NCBI RefSeq assembly: GCF_009914755.1
Contig: NC_060926.1
Length of the DNA stretch: 64,000 bases
Reading direction: 5' to 3' (one strand)
Source of the DNA: the human T2T-CHM13v2.0 reference genome, Homo sapiens
In this document: piece by piece, positions 15,363-29,156 of the stretch
Position numbering within the stretch: the stretch's first letter is position 1
Layout of the letters: every line of letters begins with the position of its first letter
Made by a program: the position numbers and the translations under genes
The notes under the pieces: generated by a model
Told to the model about the DNA's origin: nothing
Seen by the model: the letters and a program-made list of their open reading frames with translations, nothing else
Database searches by the model: none

Positions 15363-16973
15363 ATGGATAAAGTGGGAAAAATGTGGAATAACTTCAAATA
15401 CAGGTGTCAGAATCTCTTCGGTCATGAGGGAGGAAGCCGTAGTGAAAATGTGGACATGAACTCCAACAGATGTTTGTCTGTCAAAGAGAAAAACATCAGC
15501 ATAGGAGACTCAACTCCTCAGCAACAAAGCAGTCCCTTAAGAGAAAATATTGCCTTACAACTGGGATTAAGCCCTTCGAAGAATTCTTCAAGGAGAAATC
15601 AAAATTGTGCCACAGAAATCCCTCAAATTGTTGAAATAAGCATCGAAAAGGATAATGATTCTTGTGTTACCCCAGGAACAAGACTTGCACGAAGAGATTC
15701 CTACTCTCGACATGCTCCATGGGGTGGGAAGAAAAAACATTCCTGTTCTACAAAGACCCAGAGTTCATTGGATGCTGATAAAAAGTTTGGTAGAACTCGA
15801 AGTGGACTTCAAAGGAGAGAGAGGCGCTACGGCGTAAGTTCTGTACACGACATGGACAGTGTTTCCAGCAGAACTGTAGGAAGTCGCTCTCTAAGACAGA
15901 GGTTGCAGGATACTGTGGGCTTGTGTTTTCCCATGAGAACTTACAGCAAGCAGTCAAAGCCTCTCTTTTCCAATAAAAGAAAAATCCATCTCTCTGAATT
16001 AATGCTTGAGAAATGCCCTTTTCCTGCTGGCTCAGATTTAGCCCAAAAATGGCATTTGATTAAACAGCATACAGCTCCTGTGAGCCCACATTCAACATTT
16101 TTTGATACGTTTGATCCATCTTTGGTTTCTACAGAAGATGAAGAAGATAGGCTTAGAGAGAGAAGGCGGCTTAGTATTGAAGAAGGGGTTGATCCCCCTC
16201 CCAATGCACAAATACATACATTTGAAGCTACTGCACAGGTTAATCCATTATATAAACTGGGACCAAAATTAGCTCCTGGAATGACTGAAATAAGTGGGGA
16301 CAGTTCTGCAATTCCACAAGCTAATTGTGACTCGGAAGAGGATACAACCACCCTGTGTTTGCAGTCACGGAGGCAGAAGCAGCGTCAGATATCTGGAGAC
16401 AGCCATACCCATGTTAGCAGACAGGGAGCTTGGAAAGTCCACACACAGATTGATTACATACACTGCCTCGTGCCTGATTTGCTTCAAATTACAGGGAATC
16501 CCTGTTACTGGGGAGTGATGGACCGTTATGAAGCAGAAGCCCTTCTCGAAGGGAAACCTGAAGGCACGTTTTTGCTCAGGGACTCTGCGCAAGAGGACTA
16601 CCTCTTCTCTGTGAGCTTCCGCCGCTACAACAGATCCCTGCATGCCCGAATTGAGCAGTGGAATCACAACTTTAGTTTCGACGCCCATGACCCGTGTGTA
16701 TTTCACTCCTCCACTGTAACGGGACTTTTAGAACATTATAAAGATCCCAGTTCGTGCATGTTTTTTGAACCATTGCTTACTATATCACTAAATAGGACTT
16801 TCCCTTTTAGCCTGCAGTATATCTGTCGCGCGGTAATCTGCAGGTGCACTACGTATGATGGAATTGATGGGCTCCCTCTACCCTCAATGTTACAGGATTT
16901 TTTAAAAGAGTATCATTATAAACAAAAAGTTAGAGTTCGCTGGTTGGAACGAGAACCAGTCAAGGCAAAGTAA
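15363..16973 (+). CDS. SOCS5: Suppressor of cytokine signaling 5 (536 aa; long N-terminal region, SH2 domain, C-terminal SOCS box), encoded entirely in one exon
   Basis: Uninterrupted [22 protein letters not shown]...REPVKAK matches human SOCS5 as I recall it. SH2 signature [27 protein letters not shown]; SOCS box [12 protein letters not shown]...[11 protein letters not shown]. Confidence 0.99.
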   Translation: MDKVGKMWNNFKYRCQNLFGHEGGSRSENVDMNSNRCLSVKEKNISIGDSTPQQQSSPLRENIALQLGLSPSKNSSRRNQNCATEIPQIVEISIEKDNDSCVTPGTRLARRDSYSRHAPWGGKKKHSCSTKTQSSLDADKKFGRTRSGLQRRERRYGVSSVHDMDSVSSRTVGSRSLRQRLQDTVGLCFPMRTYSKQSKPLFSNKRKIHLSELMLEKCPFPAGSDLAQKWHLIKQHTAPVSPHSTFFDTFDPSLVSTEDEEDRLRERRRLSIEEGVDPPPNAQIHTFEATAQVNPLYKLGPKLAPGMTEISGDSSAIPQANCDSEEDTTTLCLQSRRQKQRQISGDSHTHVSRQGAWKVHTQIDYIHCLVPDLLQITGNPCYWGVMDRYEAEALLEGKPEGTFLLRDSAQEDYLFSVSFRRYNRSLHARIEQWNHNFSFDAHDPCVFHSSTVTGLLEHYKDPSSCMFFEPLLTISLNRTFPFSLQYICRAVICRCTTYDGIDGLPLPSMLQDFLKEYHYKQKVRVRWLEREPVKAK

Positions 16974-19620
16974 ACTCTCCGGTCCCCAAAGGGTGTTAAC
17001 TAGGTCCGCTTTCATGTGCATCAGACAGTACACCTATAGCAAGCACACGTAGCAGTGTTAGGCTTTTTCATACAGTATGTAAGCTTAGTGTTAGTATCTG
17101 TCAGATGCTACCTGCTGTTACTTATTCAGATAAACATGGTGCCTATTGGAACAATAGCGGATAGAGCTACAGGTGTTCAGTAAGACTACAAAAACATTTT
17201 GCCTATTTCGCTAACAGTTTGGTTTTTAATGGCTGTGGTATTTGAGTGAGGCAACTCTGGGGCATTTGTTATGAAGAATTCTATTTCTTACTGAAGAACA
17301 AATTATTAATATTGGATGAGTATTTCAACAGTGTGACTAATGTTTGAAATTATTTTTTCTAAGAGTTTTTCTATAACCTTCCAAAAGTCGTGATGTTTGT
17401 AGTTACTATAAATCAAGCTTTGGAAGTCCAAAAAGAATAAAAGACTGCCTTCCTTTTAGAAAAAAATGCAATTTTCTGGCCACAAGGGCATAGTGCAGTT
17501 CACTTACGTGTTGATGTAGTTTATAATCAGACGCCTTTTCTCTTCTGCAAAAGGTACTGTTAAGTAAACCAGATTTTCTAAATAGGCATTCTTAAAATTT
17601 CAGACTTACAAAGCTAGTAGTAGAATTGTATTGAAAGGCCTAGGTATTAATTTTTTAAATGAGTGCTTTAACTTAAAACAGGCGTTTGGAATAGCTGCTG
17701 CAATGTAGTCTTGTGTGTGATTTTTTTTTAAGTTGATGTGCAGTCTAATTGTTGTTTCATAAAAGTTGGATCTGTTCCTATGCCCAGGATGATTTTGTGA
17801 ACCGTGAAGTACGTGAGACTAGAAGACGCCCAAACAAGTCAGATAATAGTAACTACAATGGTTGCTGATGTTGAGATTATTGTTGAACTATAATTAATAA
17901 TTTGGATGGCAGAATTTATCTCTTTTTTGTAAACTCTCATAACTGAATTGCTTAAGTATAATTTATAAAATTTCAGTGCAGTTCATTCTTAATGGAAAAT
18001 CTGAAACCTAAATTGCAGATTTAAAAGGTACTGTACAACCATTATATCTGTAAATAACTTAGCACCTTTTTGTCACTTAGAATAATATGTACTACTACTT
18101 GAGTGAGCGCTTTTGGAAGTTATATCAAGTTCTAGTGTTTGCTTCTTAGTAACTGAACTGAATTTACAGTTCTGTCCTAGACATTTTGCACTAAAGTAGC
18201 CGAATCCACTCTCATGTCTTTTCGTTAATGTGCTCTGTACCACTGGTGAGTGCTCCATAGTTTCCTTACCTGCTGCTACAGAATGTTATTTTACATCCCT
18301 ATGGCTATTGCCAAGGCTACAAAAAAGGAAAGCTATATTTGTATGCAACACTAACCTTTTGACTGCTAATGTATGTTTCTGCTTGCTGTGCCTTGTTATG
18401 GCTGCTTTTTTTGTGCTAATAAAGTATGTTTGGTGTTCTCCTTGTATATCTGCTGTTTTATACATTTGCAACAATTTCTCTTGTAAATGGAATGGTTTGG
18501 GGTTTTTAAATAAGCATTAACTAACAACCTTTCTATAGTTAATGCAGAGTTAATGAACAGTCTAATATTGACTTATCAGAATAAGCTAACTCTAAATTTA
18601 ATGCTCTACATCTTATCAGTCATAATTATATATACTGTGGAACAGTATCTGTAGTTACTGCAAATTACTGTACAGTTTAGGTTATAACAGAAAACTGACA
18701 GAGAAGTAATAAACCTATTGATTTCTCTGCTTATAAATGAAAGATTGAAACTATCCAATGACATATTATAGTAAATGAGTATCTGTAACCTCCCACTGCA
18801 TCAGAAGCAGGTTAAATGAAGTCTTGTGAATTTGTAATAGATCAGTACCATTTATTGGTTTGGGGACCATCTTAATTAAAAATAAATGCCCAAAATGTAG
18901 AACTTTAACCAAAGACTTGTCCCTTTTAAAGCAAAATGGGGATTGAAGGGACTTATAATTTCTGTTGTTTCTAATTAAAGTCCCTGAAGATCATATACCA
19001 AAGTGTTTGAGAACTTCATCCAAACCTACTTTAAAGCATTATGTGCAATTAAGTTGTTATGACATAATTATATTGCCTAATTGTTGGGTCTTTTTTCTTG
19101 AGCTTATAATGTACCTGGAAAATAAACCTCTTGAGAAAAAGAAAAGTTCATACTGATTATTGGAAAAGGACTATATATGTGAGCAAGATTGTGTTTTAGA
19201 GAGGAAACTTGAAACTCCAAGAAAGCACTTGATGTTTTTATATGCTTGTAGCAAATTGATGTTCTAACTGTAGTTTTATAGAAAGTATTAATGCTTTTAT
19301 GTATTTCAAAACTTTCATATGTTAAATGGAAATTGTTTTAAATGTGTTTGAGTTTATGTAAGCATGTATACACTGTGCTAAAAGTCACATGTTTCAGTTT
19401 GTGTATAATATTAATATGCAATTTTTGGTTTAAATTTTTGTCTTAAAATATTAGTGGCTTACATTTTAAAAAAGAAAAATCACCAGCATGAACTTGCACC
19501 TAAGTCTATATTCACTGTGTCCTTTTCTGAATCCCATTGTAGCCTGTCAACTAAATTTGAGGGTTAACGGTCTTTTTAAAGTGCATTTAAATACAAACCA
19601 GGAATTTCTTTAGAAGTTGA
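16974..19620 (+). other. SOCS5: SOCS5 3' UTR (about 2.6 kb, AU-rich, no recognisable interspersed repeats)
   Basis: Repeat-free AU-rich sequence after the TAA stop with many miRNA seed matches and poly(A) hexamers; the 3' end is approximate. Confidence 0.75.
19590..19595 (+). terminator. Candidate distal poly(A) signal (variant AATACA); canonical AATAAA also at 17436, 18418, 18708, 18881, 19121
   Basis: Hexamers read directly; AATACA lies just before sequence turns into low-complexity CA/TA tracts. Confidence 0.5.
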
Positions 19621-20340
19621 GATACATCTTTATAGTTGAAATAATTAACCCAAGAAAAGGTTGCTTTGATTTGTACCCATTCTCATTCATTTTCTTCATT
19701 CCCTTACACACACACACACACCTCTCCCTTCCGCATACATATAAGTGTGTATTATATATTTATGTATGCACATATATACATTTATGTTGTTAATATTACT
19801 TTAGATGGCATTTCCACCTGATACAAAAACATTTAGAGATCTTATTCTATAGATATTACCTAAAGAGTATTCTTGTACTATTCGAATTTTATTATCTGCA
19901 CTAAAAGTTTAGCCTTGCTACTTTAGCCTTGTTTATAATACAGTCACCTTACAAAGAGAAAGAGTTCATCTGTATTTTGTTTTCTGGCTAAACACAGTAC
20001 AAAATATTTGAAGAAAAACAGCTTGGATTAAATAGTTACTAAGAGTTATAATTAAATTTATGTTTCTTAGACAAAACTTGAGCCCAAATAATCATTCTCC
20101 ACACACCAGGCTGTTTTTAGCTCTTATGTTTACGTAAGATTTATAATGGCTAGAACCATAAGAACTGATACTTGAATTTTAAGCTTCATTTGACAAAATC
20201 GAAAGCTTAAGAATTTTTTTATTTCACATTTTGATCTGGTTGCTATTTATGTTTATTTCAAAGCTTGCTTTTCTCTCTGGCACTGAACACTAATTTGGTG
20301 AGTTTTATTGAGACTGGTCTTAGATCTCTTATTTTTATAG

Positions 20341-20710
<370 letters not shown>

Positions 20711-21154
20711 ATAGGACCCTCCTAAGAAGGATGCAGAGCCAGGTCTGTCTTTGAGAGTGTTAACATAGAGCAAATAGCACCAGTTTGTTTGCTTACCTGT
20801 ACCCCAGCACATACAGTTTTACTTTGATGAAATTAGATAGAAATGCATAGCAAGGGCTGACTCAAGGGTGAGAAAGTTTCGAAAGAGGGCAATGCTGCTT
20901 GGCCCGTGTGCATACAAGCTACATATTTTTGAGGCTCTGGTTTTGTTTTATAATTTTGCAACAGCTGATCCAGAACATAGGCTTTTAAAATAGTATATTC
21001 TAAAGAGGTTTGGGGTGGAATTTTTGTGGGAGGTAGCTGGTTATTTGTGGGGGACGGGAGGAGAGGTTGCTATTGCAAAGTATAGATGAGTTGGAGCAAC
21101 TGTTTTGTTTTCATGCCCTGGACGCTTGATTGAACATTGAGACTCTCTTCAGCC

Positions 21155-22300
21155 ATGCAGTCAACAAATATTTATTGAAGACCCGTGTGCCACTCACTAT
21201 TTTCAGTAATGGGTGTACATTGGGGTATAAGACAAAGCTTTACTGCCTTCCAGAGTTTATTGAATTCTAGTAGATAAGACAGCAATGAAATGGTAATTTC
21301 CGAAGCTATGAGTAAAATGAGGCAGAACATGGTGGTGGAGGGACTGGGGCACAATTTTATAGGGTCGTAACCTTGAATGATATAAGAAAATTAGACCAAG
21401 ACCAAAGAACAAACGTTCGAGATGAAGAGAACAATAAAACTAGTCCCCAAAGCACATATGGAATTACTCGCTGAGAAAGAAAGAATGCCAGTAAGGTAAG
21501 TCCATTGAGTGTGGAGAATAGTAGGTGATGAGGTTTTAGAGATTGGCAAGGGCCTGACCATTTAGGGCTATAAGCCTATAGTGAGGGATTTAAGATGTTG
21601 TTTTGAGTGTGATGGGAAGCCATTGGAGAGTTTTAAGCAAAGGAGATGTGTGGTGTGTTGTAAATTTCTCTGGTCAGTGGAGAAAAGGCTAGTGGAACAA
21701 GGTAAGGAAGACTTTTACAGTCATCCAGGTGAGAGATGGTGGGACCTTGGACTAGGGTGATAGTCATGGGGAGAAGTCAGAATTGGGGTATGTTTTAGTG
21801 GTAAAGCTGATAAGACTTGGCGATGGATTAGATGTGAACAAGAAGAAAAAGATCAAAAGATGACTCCAGTTTTTGGTGTGAGAAGGGTGATTGAGTTTTG
21901 AGATTCCTATTAATAATTCTAACAGAGACATTGCATAGTAGGCAGTTGGATATATGAGTGTAGTGTTAAGGGGAGAAAATTAAAATGTGGAATCACTAGG
22001 CCAGGCATGGTGGCTCACACCTGTAACCCCAGCACTTTTGGGAGGCCAAGGCAGAAGAATCACTTGAGCCCCGGATTTTGAGACCAGCTGGGGCAATGTA
22101 GCAAGACCCCATCTCTACAAAATAAAAATTAGCTGGGTGGGTTGGCATGCGCCTGTAGTCTCAGCTACTTGAGAGGCTGAGGCAGGAGGATCACTTGAGA
22201 CAGAGCCAGTTCCTTCCTCTAAAAAAATACTAAAAATGAAATGGGGAGTCACTATATTGATAGTATTTGAAGCCACAGAACGGTATGCAACAGCTAGGGA
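21155..22300 (-). mobile_element. L2 (about 1 kb) interrupted by a + strand internally deleted AluJ (21999-~22230)
   Basis: L2 3' end tcaacaaatatttattga...tgtgcca; internal gatgggaagccattggagagttttaagca and ccaggtgagagatggtgg. Confidence 0.75.
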
Positions 22301-23589
22301 TTTTGCATGGGATTAAGAATTTCTTTGGAGGAAATAATTACGACAACATTTCTCTTAGTTTGTCAGTTCAAGATTCTGTATCATTAGTTGTTTTTAAAAG
22401 CCATCTGCTTTCGATAGAGGACTTGTCTTCCAAAAACTTTTAAGATACTGGAATCAAACCTTGCGCTGAATCTTCATACTACCCACATCAAATTTGGTTG
22501 TCATGCTTTCCATGTCAAATTTGCTTGTGTATCTTTTTTAGTTTGAGTTTTTATATGATAAATCCAAGTTCATTATGGAATATTCAAGAAGTACTAAAGA
22601 TTATAAAAGAACCTACGAAAAAATGTTCATACTGTTGACTGAATATTTAGACTCTGACCATTCATTCCACAAATATTAATTTGAAGACCCATGTGCCAGT
22701 CACAGTTTTAGGTAATGGGTATATATTGAGGTACATTACTACCACCAACACTACCCCTGCCCTTTCCAACTCCCGTTTTGAAATTTTCCAGAGGTAACTG
22801 CTATTAATATTTGGTACATTCTCTTTCATATTTTTTCATGTATTTTTGACAGTTAAAAAAAATCACATGAAAGATAAAGTTGTACATCTTGAGTCAGTTA
22901 CTGAAGGGTTTTTTTGAAATAGGATTTCAGTAGAAGATTAAGACCCTTAGTTGACTAAGTTTATAAACTGGTGGGGATGTAGGCAATTATGTAAATGTAT
23001 AGTTATGAGAATATGTGGAAATAAAGTAATTAAGTAAAAACTGGTTTCACTGGTGATAAGGAAAAAACAGAAAAGTGACCCAAGTGGAGTAGGGTTGATT
23101 GGGAAGGTATTGGGTTTCTTTTATCACGAGAATGAGAATTTCATTTAGCAGAAGATGATGGAGAGGCCAGGTGCAGAAGTAGAGTGGCAGGTAGCAACAG
23201 AAGAGGAGCAGGATTGAGGTGGAGGAATCAGGTGATTGTAGCATACACTGGACTGAACAGTGTGAAATTATCTAGGCTCTGCAGCAAGGAAGAATTAGAA
23301 ATTATGGCAGCAGGTGTAAGATAGCGTATAACCAAGAGGGATTGGAGTTAGGAAGTCCTGTGAAATTTGCCTAGATCAGGTCGCTAGCACTGGAATCAAA
23401 CAGGAGCACATGCAGAAGAAAAATCAGCATAATTTTCAGTAAGGAAAAACAAGCAGTTCGCATGCCTAGGAGACTTCTAGTTAAATATGTCATAGTTTCT
23501 CCAAATTTAAGCAAATCATAAGCCAACAGTAAAGTAAATCGTAAACTTACAGTAAAGTAAAACATGTATATTGGATATTATGGATATCC

Positions 23590-23823
23590 AATTATGGATA
23601 ACATTTTAGAATACATTTTAATGCAAAAAATAAATATTTGATCAAATAAGGAAAACTTCATCACTACTAACTGCTTACATGGAGAAAATAGGATGACTTT
23701 TCTATGGATAACATTTTAATTATGGATAACTTTTTAAAAGGCACATTTTAATGCAAAAAATATAAGATTTGATCAAATAAGGAAAACTATCACTGCTAAC
23801 TATGCTTACGTGAGAAAATAGGA
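23590..23823. repeat. Diverged tandem duplication, period ~128 bp
   Basis: aattatggataac...cattttaatgcaaaaaata...tttgatcaaataaggaaaact...gagaaaatagga at 23590-23693 and 23718-23823. Confidence 0.85.
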
Positions 23824-23923
23824 ACATGAAAAAAAAAGCAACATCAAAAAAACTTTTACTTGACAAAAGTGCTGAGAAAAAGTGGCACAATCTTAAATCT
23901 TAAGAGAGAGTTACTGAATTTAA

Positions 23924-24352
<429 letters not shown>

Positions 24353-24619
24353 TAACTTGTCTAAGGCCATAGAGAATGTTAGACCTAGTTTTCAAACACT
24401 GGTCTGAGGCCAGAGCCTAAGTGCTGATCCACTATACTTTGCTCTTTGAATTCTAATTGTATCAACCAAATTAACATTTCTTTCAATGTTTTGTTCTCTT
24501 TTATTGTATTTCAAAACAATAGGCTATACATAACTGATAAAAAATGGATTCTAAACCATTGGTAAAAGAACTGAAAGAACTGGCCACTAGAATCTCCTTC
24601 ATTCATCTTCTGCAGTTTA

Positions 24620-25175
24620 TTTGGGGAGTGCCCCTGCCGATTTCTCCAACCTTAATCTAGTACAACTATCCCCCTTACTCACCACTCTCCTGACACTGGC
24701 CGCCTTTCAAAGCTCCCTCATTCCAGTATCTTTCCCACCTCAGGGCCTTTGCACATGCTACCCCTCTTGAAACTGTCATCTTCCCACTGTTCCTTGAAGC
24801 AAGGTAGATTCCTTTCATTCTTTACACCTAAGCTTAAGTGCCACCTCCTCAGAGAGAGAGACCTGCTCACGCCATTTAAAGGAGATTGCCCCCTATTCTC
24901 TTATCTCTGCCCTGCCTCTGTTTTCTTTATAGTCTGTATTACAAAGACTTGCACATATTTATTTGGGCTTTTGGGTTTTGACTGTCCCTCTTGAGAAACT
25001 CTGAGGACAGAGACCATATCTATCATTTGCTGTTTTATCCTCAGTGCCTAGGATAGTGCTTCATACAGAGCAGGTATTTATTAGATTGGTGCAACGTTGC
25101 AGCTTTGGCCATTACTTCTAATGTCAAAAACCAGAATTTTGCACCAACCCAATATTTGTTAAATGAATGAATAAT
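24620..25175 (+). mobile_element. L2 3' portion (contains MADE1 insertion)
   Basis: cctcagggcctttgcacatgct...tcctcagtgcctaggatagtgc...tttgttaaatgaatgaat. Confidence 0.75.
25081..25152. mobile_element. MADE1 (Hsmar1-derived mariner MITE)
   Basis: ttagattggtgcaa...ttgcaccaacccaa palindromic TIRs with TA duplication on both sides. Confidence 0.85.
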
Positions 25176-25199
25176 TAATTCATTTGTATTTCTCCTGTC

Positions 25200-25620
25200 T
25201 ACCCACAAAAGTCATGAAACCCTTATTGCTTGTCCTTCTAAAATCTAGATTGCTTCACGTATTTCCACAATCTCCCACTTATTCTATGAAAAAAAAAGAT
25301 TAACCTGACATGAATTATTCTTGGTGAACCCATGCTGGTTCCTGGAGATTACACTTTCTCCCCTAAATACTCACAGGCCCTACCTTTAATAATCCATTGC
25401 AGAATGCTGCCCAGGATGATGTCAAGTTCATCAGTCTGCAGGTTGTGGAACCACCTGACTCCCCTTATTTAAAGATAAGAATCACCTCTCTCTGGTCTTC
25501 CAGCCTGCCTTTCATTTGCCTCAGCACCTCTGATGACAACCTGCAGAGACTTTATTTGGAGACTCTTAGTTCTCTGGAAGAAACTAATCCAGGCCAGGAT
25601 ATTGTAACATACTTATAGTA
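25200..25620 (-). mobile_element. L3/CR1 LINE reverse-transcriptase fossil
   Basis: Minus strand reads NQHGFTKNNSCQVNL (25297-25340), the CR1-type QHGF..SC..NL motif, with degraded RPVSLTS-like sequence upstream and LDF downstream. Confidence 0.7.
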
Positions 25621-26081
25621 ACTGTGTTTTTTTCTAGAATCCCTTCACCCATTCAGACCGTTGATTCCTTCTTGCCAGCTTTTGTTCTGCCTTTTCCCAG
25701 AAAAAGTAGAAGTGTAATAGGAATTGGATAGCTGAGCTTTCCATCATTCATCAACATTATATCATTTACCATTTCCTTTACAGTCTGTCTCAGACATAAC
25801 TAAAACCCTGTGTGTGTGTGTTTATTATCAAAATACTTTCCAAAGGTAGTAAGATCAGATATCTTTATAAGTGCATTTTAAAATGTGCCACAGCTGTCTA
25901 GCAAAAACAGGTAATTCTAAAATAGTTCCTCTGGAAAAGCCTGCATTTTAAGATAAAATACAATTTTGTAGCTGCTATAAGTACAACTAGATATTTAAAA
26001 GAATGCAAAGTGGTATTTTTCACTGAAGTTAGAAAATCGAAAATTTGCCACATCTGAAACTTTACAAAGTGTTTAGGAATA

Positions 26082-26393
<312 letters not shown>

Positions 26394-28284
26394 TTAGGAG
26401 GAGATTTCATATGAAAAAAAAATATCTAGATTGTGTTCTCTACCTGAATATCCAGAATACAGGGCCTGAAGAGTGATAAAATTAAATGGACAAATCTGTT
26501 TTTCCTTCTTCACCTGTTTCCTCAATCTTGTTTTCACACTCAAATATTTTTTCTCCTTTATACATTAAGAGATTCTTTTATGTATACATATTCTTTTTCA
26601 AATTTCTTTGGGTAATTTCTTGTGAATTCCAACACAAAGAGGGGTGTATGTGTATTATAAATACAAAAATAAAAAGTGATTGCTTTTATACTAGCACCTT
26701 AAAACCATTTAGAACTTCAGTAAAACCATGAAAAAGTGCTGCTTTGGAAATGGAGAAATATTCAAAAGTATGGTGTGATGTTTTCAAGTGGATTGTGATT
26801 ATAGTCTCAATTTGTTGATCTTGACCTCTAGTGGACAGGTGCAGGCTTACTCTTTGTTCAGTCTTAGTAAATGAGGCTCAAGGGAACCCTGTGTTCACAT
26901 CTGAATGGATGAAATGTAGGTATGGGTACTGTGTCCTCTCTTGCAGTATGGGCACAAAACTGTCTTTAAAAAAGAGACAAGTAGATAACTAACATGTCGA
27001 TCTTCCTGTGATGAATGGAGAAGCCTGTGGATAATACACAGAACAAATGAACGCTGGAAAACACTAAGGCTCATGTAATTAGAGATAACCGTATCTGTGA
27101 AACTAACTACAGGTCCTAAGTTATATGATACTGAAAGTCGTTTATTTATTTTTTAATGAAAAACAATACCCTTGAATAAACCTTGGATGAAGTTTTATGA
27201 GATCTTTGGGAGTTGAGGTATGTTGGGGTTAGGCAAATTGGGCTGACTCAAGGTTTGGGGGCTGTCACCCCCATCATCTTGATCAGATCACGGTTTCCAA
27301 TGACCTTTGTTTCTTCCTCTCATGAAGAAAACAATACCTGCCTACACCACTGAATTCTATTTGGAAATCATCTCAGATAAGAAATGACAGATAAAGTACC
27401 AGTGATTAGTTTTCAGAACTGTAGCACTTGGGGAAGAATGGACATTTTGTAACATATGTATATGAATTAATATAAGACAGAGCAGATTTACTTAAAATAA
27501 TTTTTGAGCTGAGAAGCTGTTCTTTCGGTAACATTTTTCTTCTGAAGAGCTCAGATTTCATCCGTAGCTGTGGAACTGCTGTCAGACTGCCTGGCTTGTG
27601 CTCAGCCCAGCTACTTATTAACTGGTGGGTTTCTTAACTCTTCCCAGGCGTGGATTCTTCATCACCTACCTCATCGTGGTGTGGAAATGTAAACTGAATA
27701 ATCTTTGAGAGATACGTAACCCAGGGCCCGGCATAGCATATGTGCTTGGTAAATGTTACCGTTTTCTTTGTGGTTACATCCATCTATGCATGCTAGTCCA
27801 TTCGTGGAAATGCAGTCCTGGAATCCAAGGGTCCTGATGAAAATTGCAGTCTTTCTTTTTTCTGCCTAAGCCTTGGCTAAAATATATATTCAGCAGGTAA
27901 TTCTCCTATATACTATTGGTTTACTGTGGAGTTTTATTGAAGGATGGAGGCAAAATGTTGAAACATTATCTCCAAATCTTCATAGGAAAAAAAAACATCT
28001 ATGAAACATCTTACCCAGAAAATTACTAGGAAGCAGATAGTATAAAAGCAAACCATAATTCTATTCAAATTTTTATTTTAATACTCATAAAATGTTTTAG
28101 TTTTCCATCAAGTGAAAGAATTTATCTTTGGAATCAATAGAAATATAGTTATTATAAATTTAGTTTATGCTTTTACATCCTGGTAGAAATGTAGCAATAC
28201 ACATAAAAATAAAAGTTTCATTGATTTTTTTTCTCCAAATGCACCATCCTATTTTGTAACCTTGGCTATGTGTATAGGACCAGG

Positions 28285-28286
<2 letters not shown>

Positions 28287-28334
<48 letters not shown>
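28287..28334. repeat. (AC)24 microsatellite
   Basis: Perfect dinucleotide run. Confidence 0.97.
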
Positions 28335-28336
<2 letters not shown>

Positions 28337-28869
28337 CATGACCTGGGGCATGGCTACAGTAGCCATAAGAGCTCTTGTACCATCTTCTCCCACTAATACT
28401 AATCATCACAGGTGTGTCATCTGTGGGAAATCTACATTGTCTTCAGCTGCTGCCTAAGACTTTGAAAACCAGTGTGCTTCCTTTTACAACAGAAATTTCT
28501 GGGAAGATTCCCAAGTGTCCCTTTTCATCTAATTTCTGTTGGTCCCTCCTTCCTTTTACACACTTGCTAGTTGTTCCTGGGAGCTCCTTGAAGGCAGGGA
28601 CCTTACCGTCCTGGCCCTTGCTGCATCCTGAGAGCCCAGCCCAGTGCTCGGCTTATGGTAGGCCCTCAGTAAATATTTGTTGAAAAATGAATTAATTTTC
28701 AAAAGTAATATTTAATTATCTACTGTATAAATATTTTAAAGGCATAAAACATGGTCTTCTGCCCTAAAACTAAATCGCTTCAATTCAAAATAATTGAAAG
28801 AATAAGATAATATTATCTGCTAGTTTTACCTTGCCTCATGTCAAAAATTTTAATTAAAAGTAATGCTTT

Positions 28870-29156
28870 GGCTGGGTGCAGTGGCTCACGCCTATAATCC
28901 CAGCACTTTGGGAGGCCAAATCACTTGAGGTCAGGAGTTCAAGACCAGCCTGGCCAACACGCGGAAACCCCACCCCTACTAAAAATACAAAAAAATTAGC
29001 TGGGCGTGGTGGTACGTGCCTGTAATCCCAGCTACTTAGGAGGTTGAGGCAGGAGAATCCTTGAACCTGGGAGGCAGAGGCTGCAGTGAGCTGAGATTGT
29101 GCCACTGTACTCCAGCCTGGATAACAGTGAGACTCTGTTGCAAAAAATTTAAAAAA
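28870..29156 (+). mobile_element. AluS
   Basis: TSD aaaagtaatgcttt; small left-arm deletion. Confidence 0.92.

Noticed and set aside
15655-16706. Alternative-frame and antisense ORFs overlapping SOCS5
   Set aside because: Short, expected shadows of a real CDS, with no recognisable domains.
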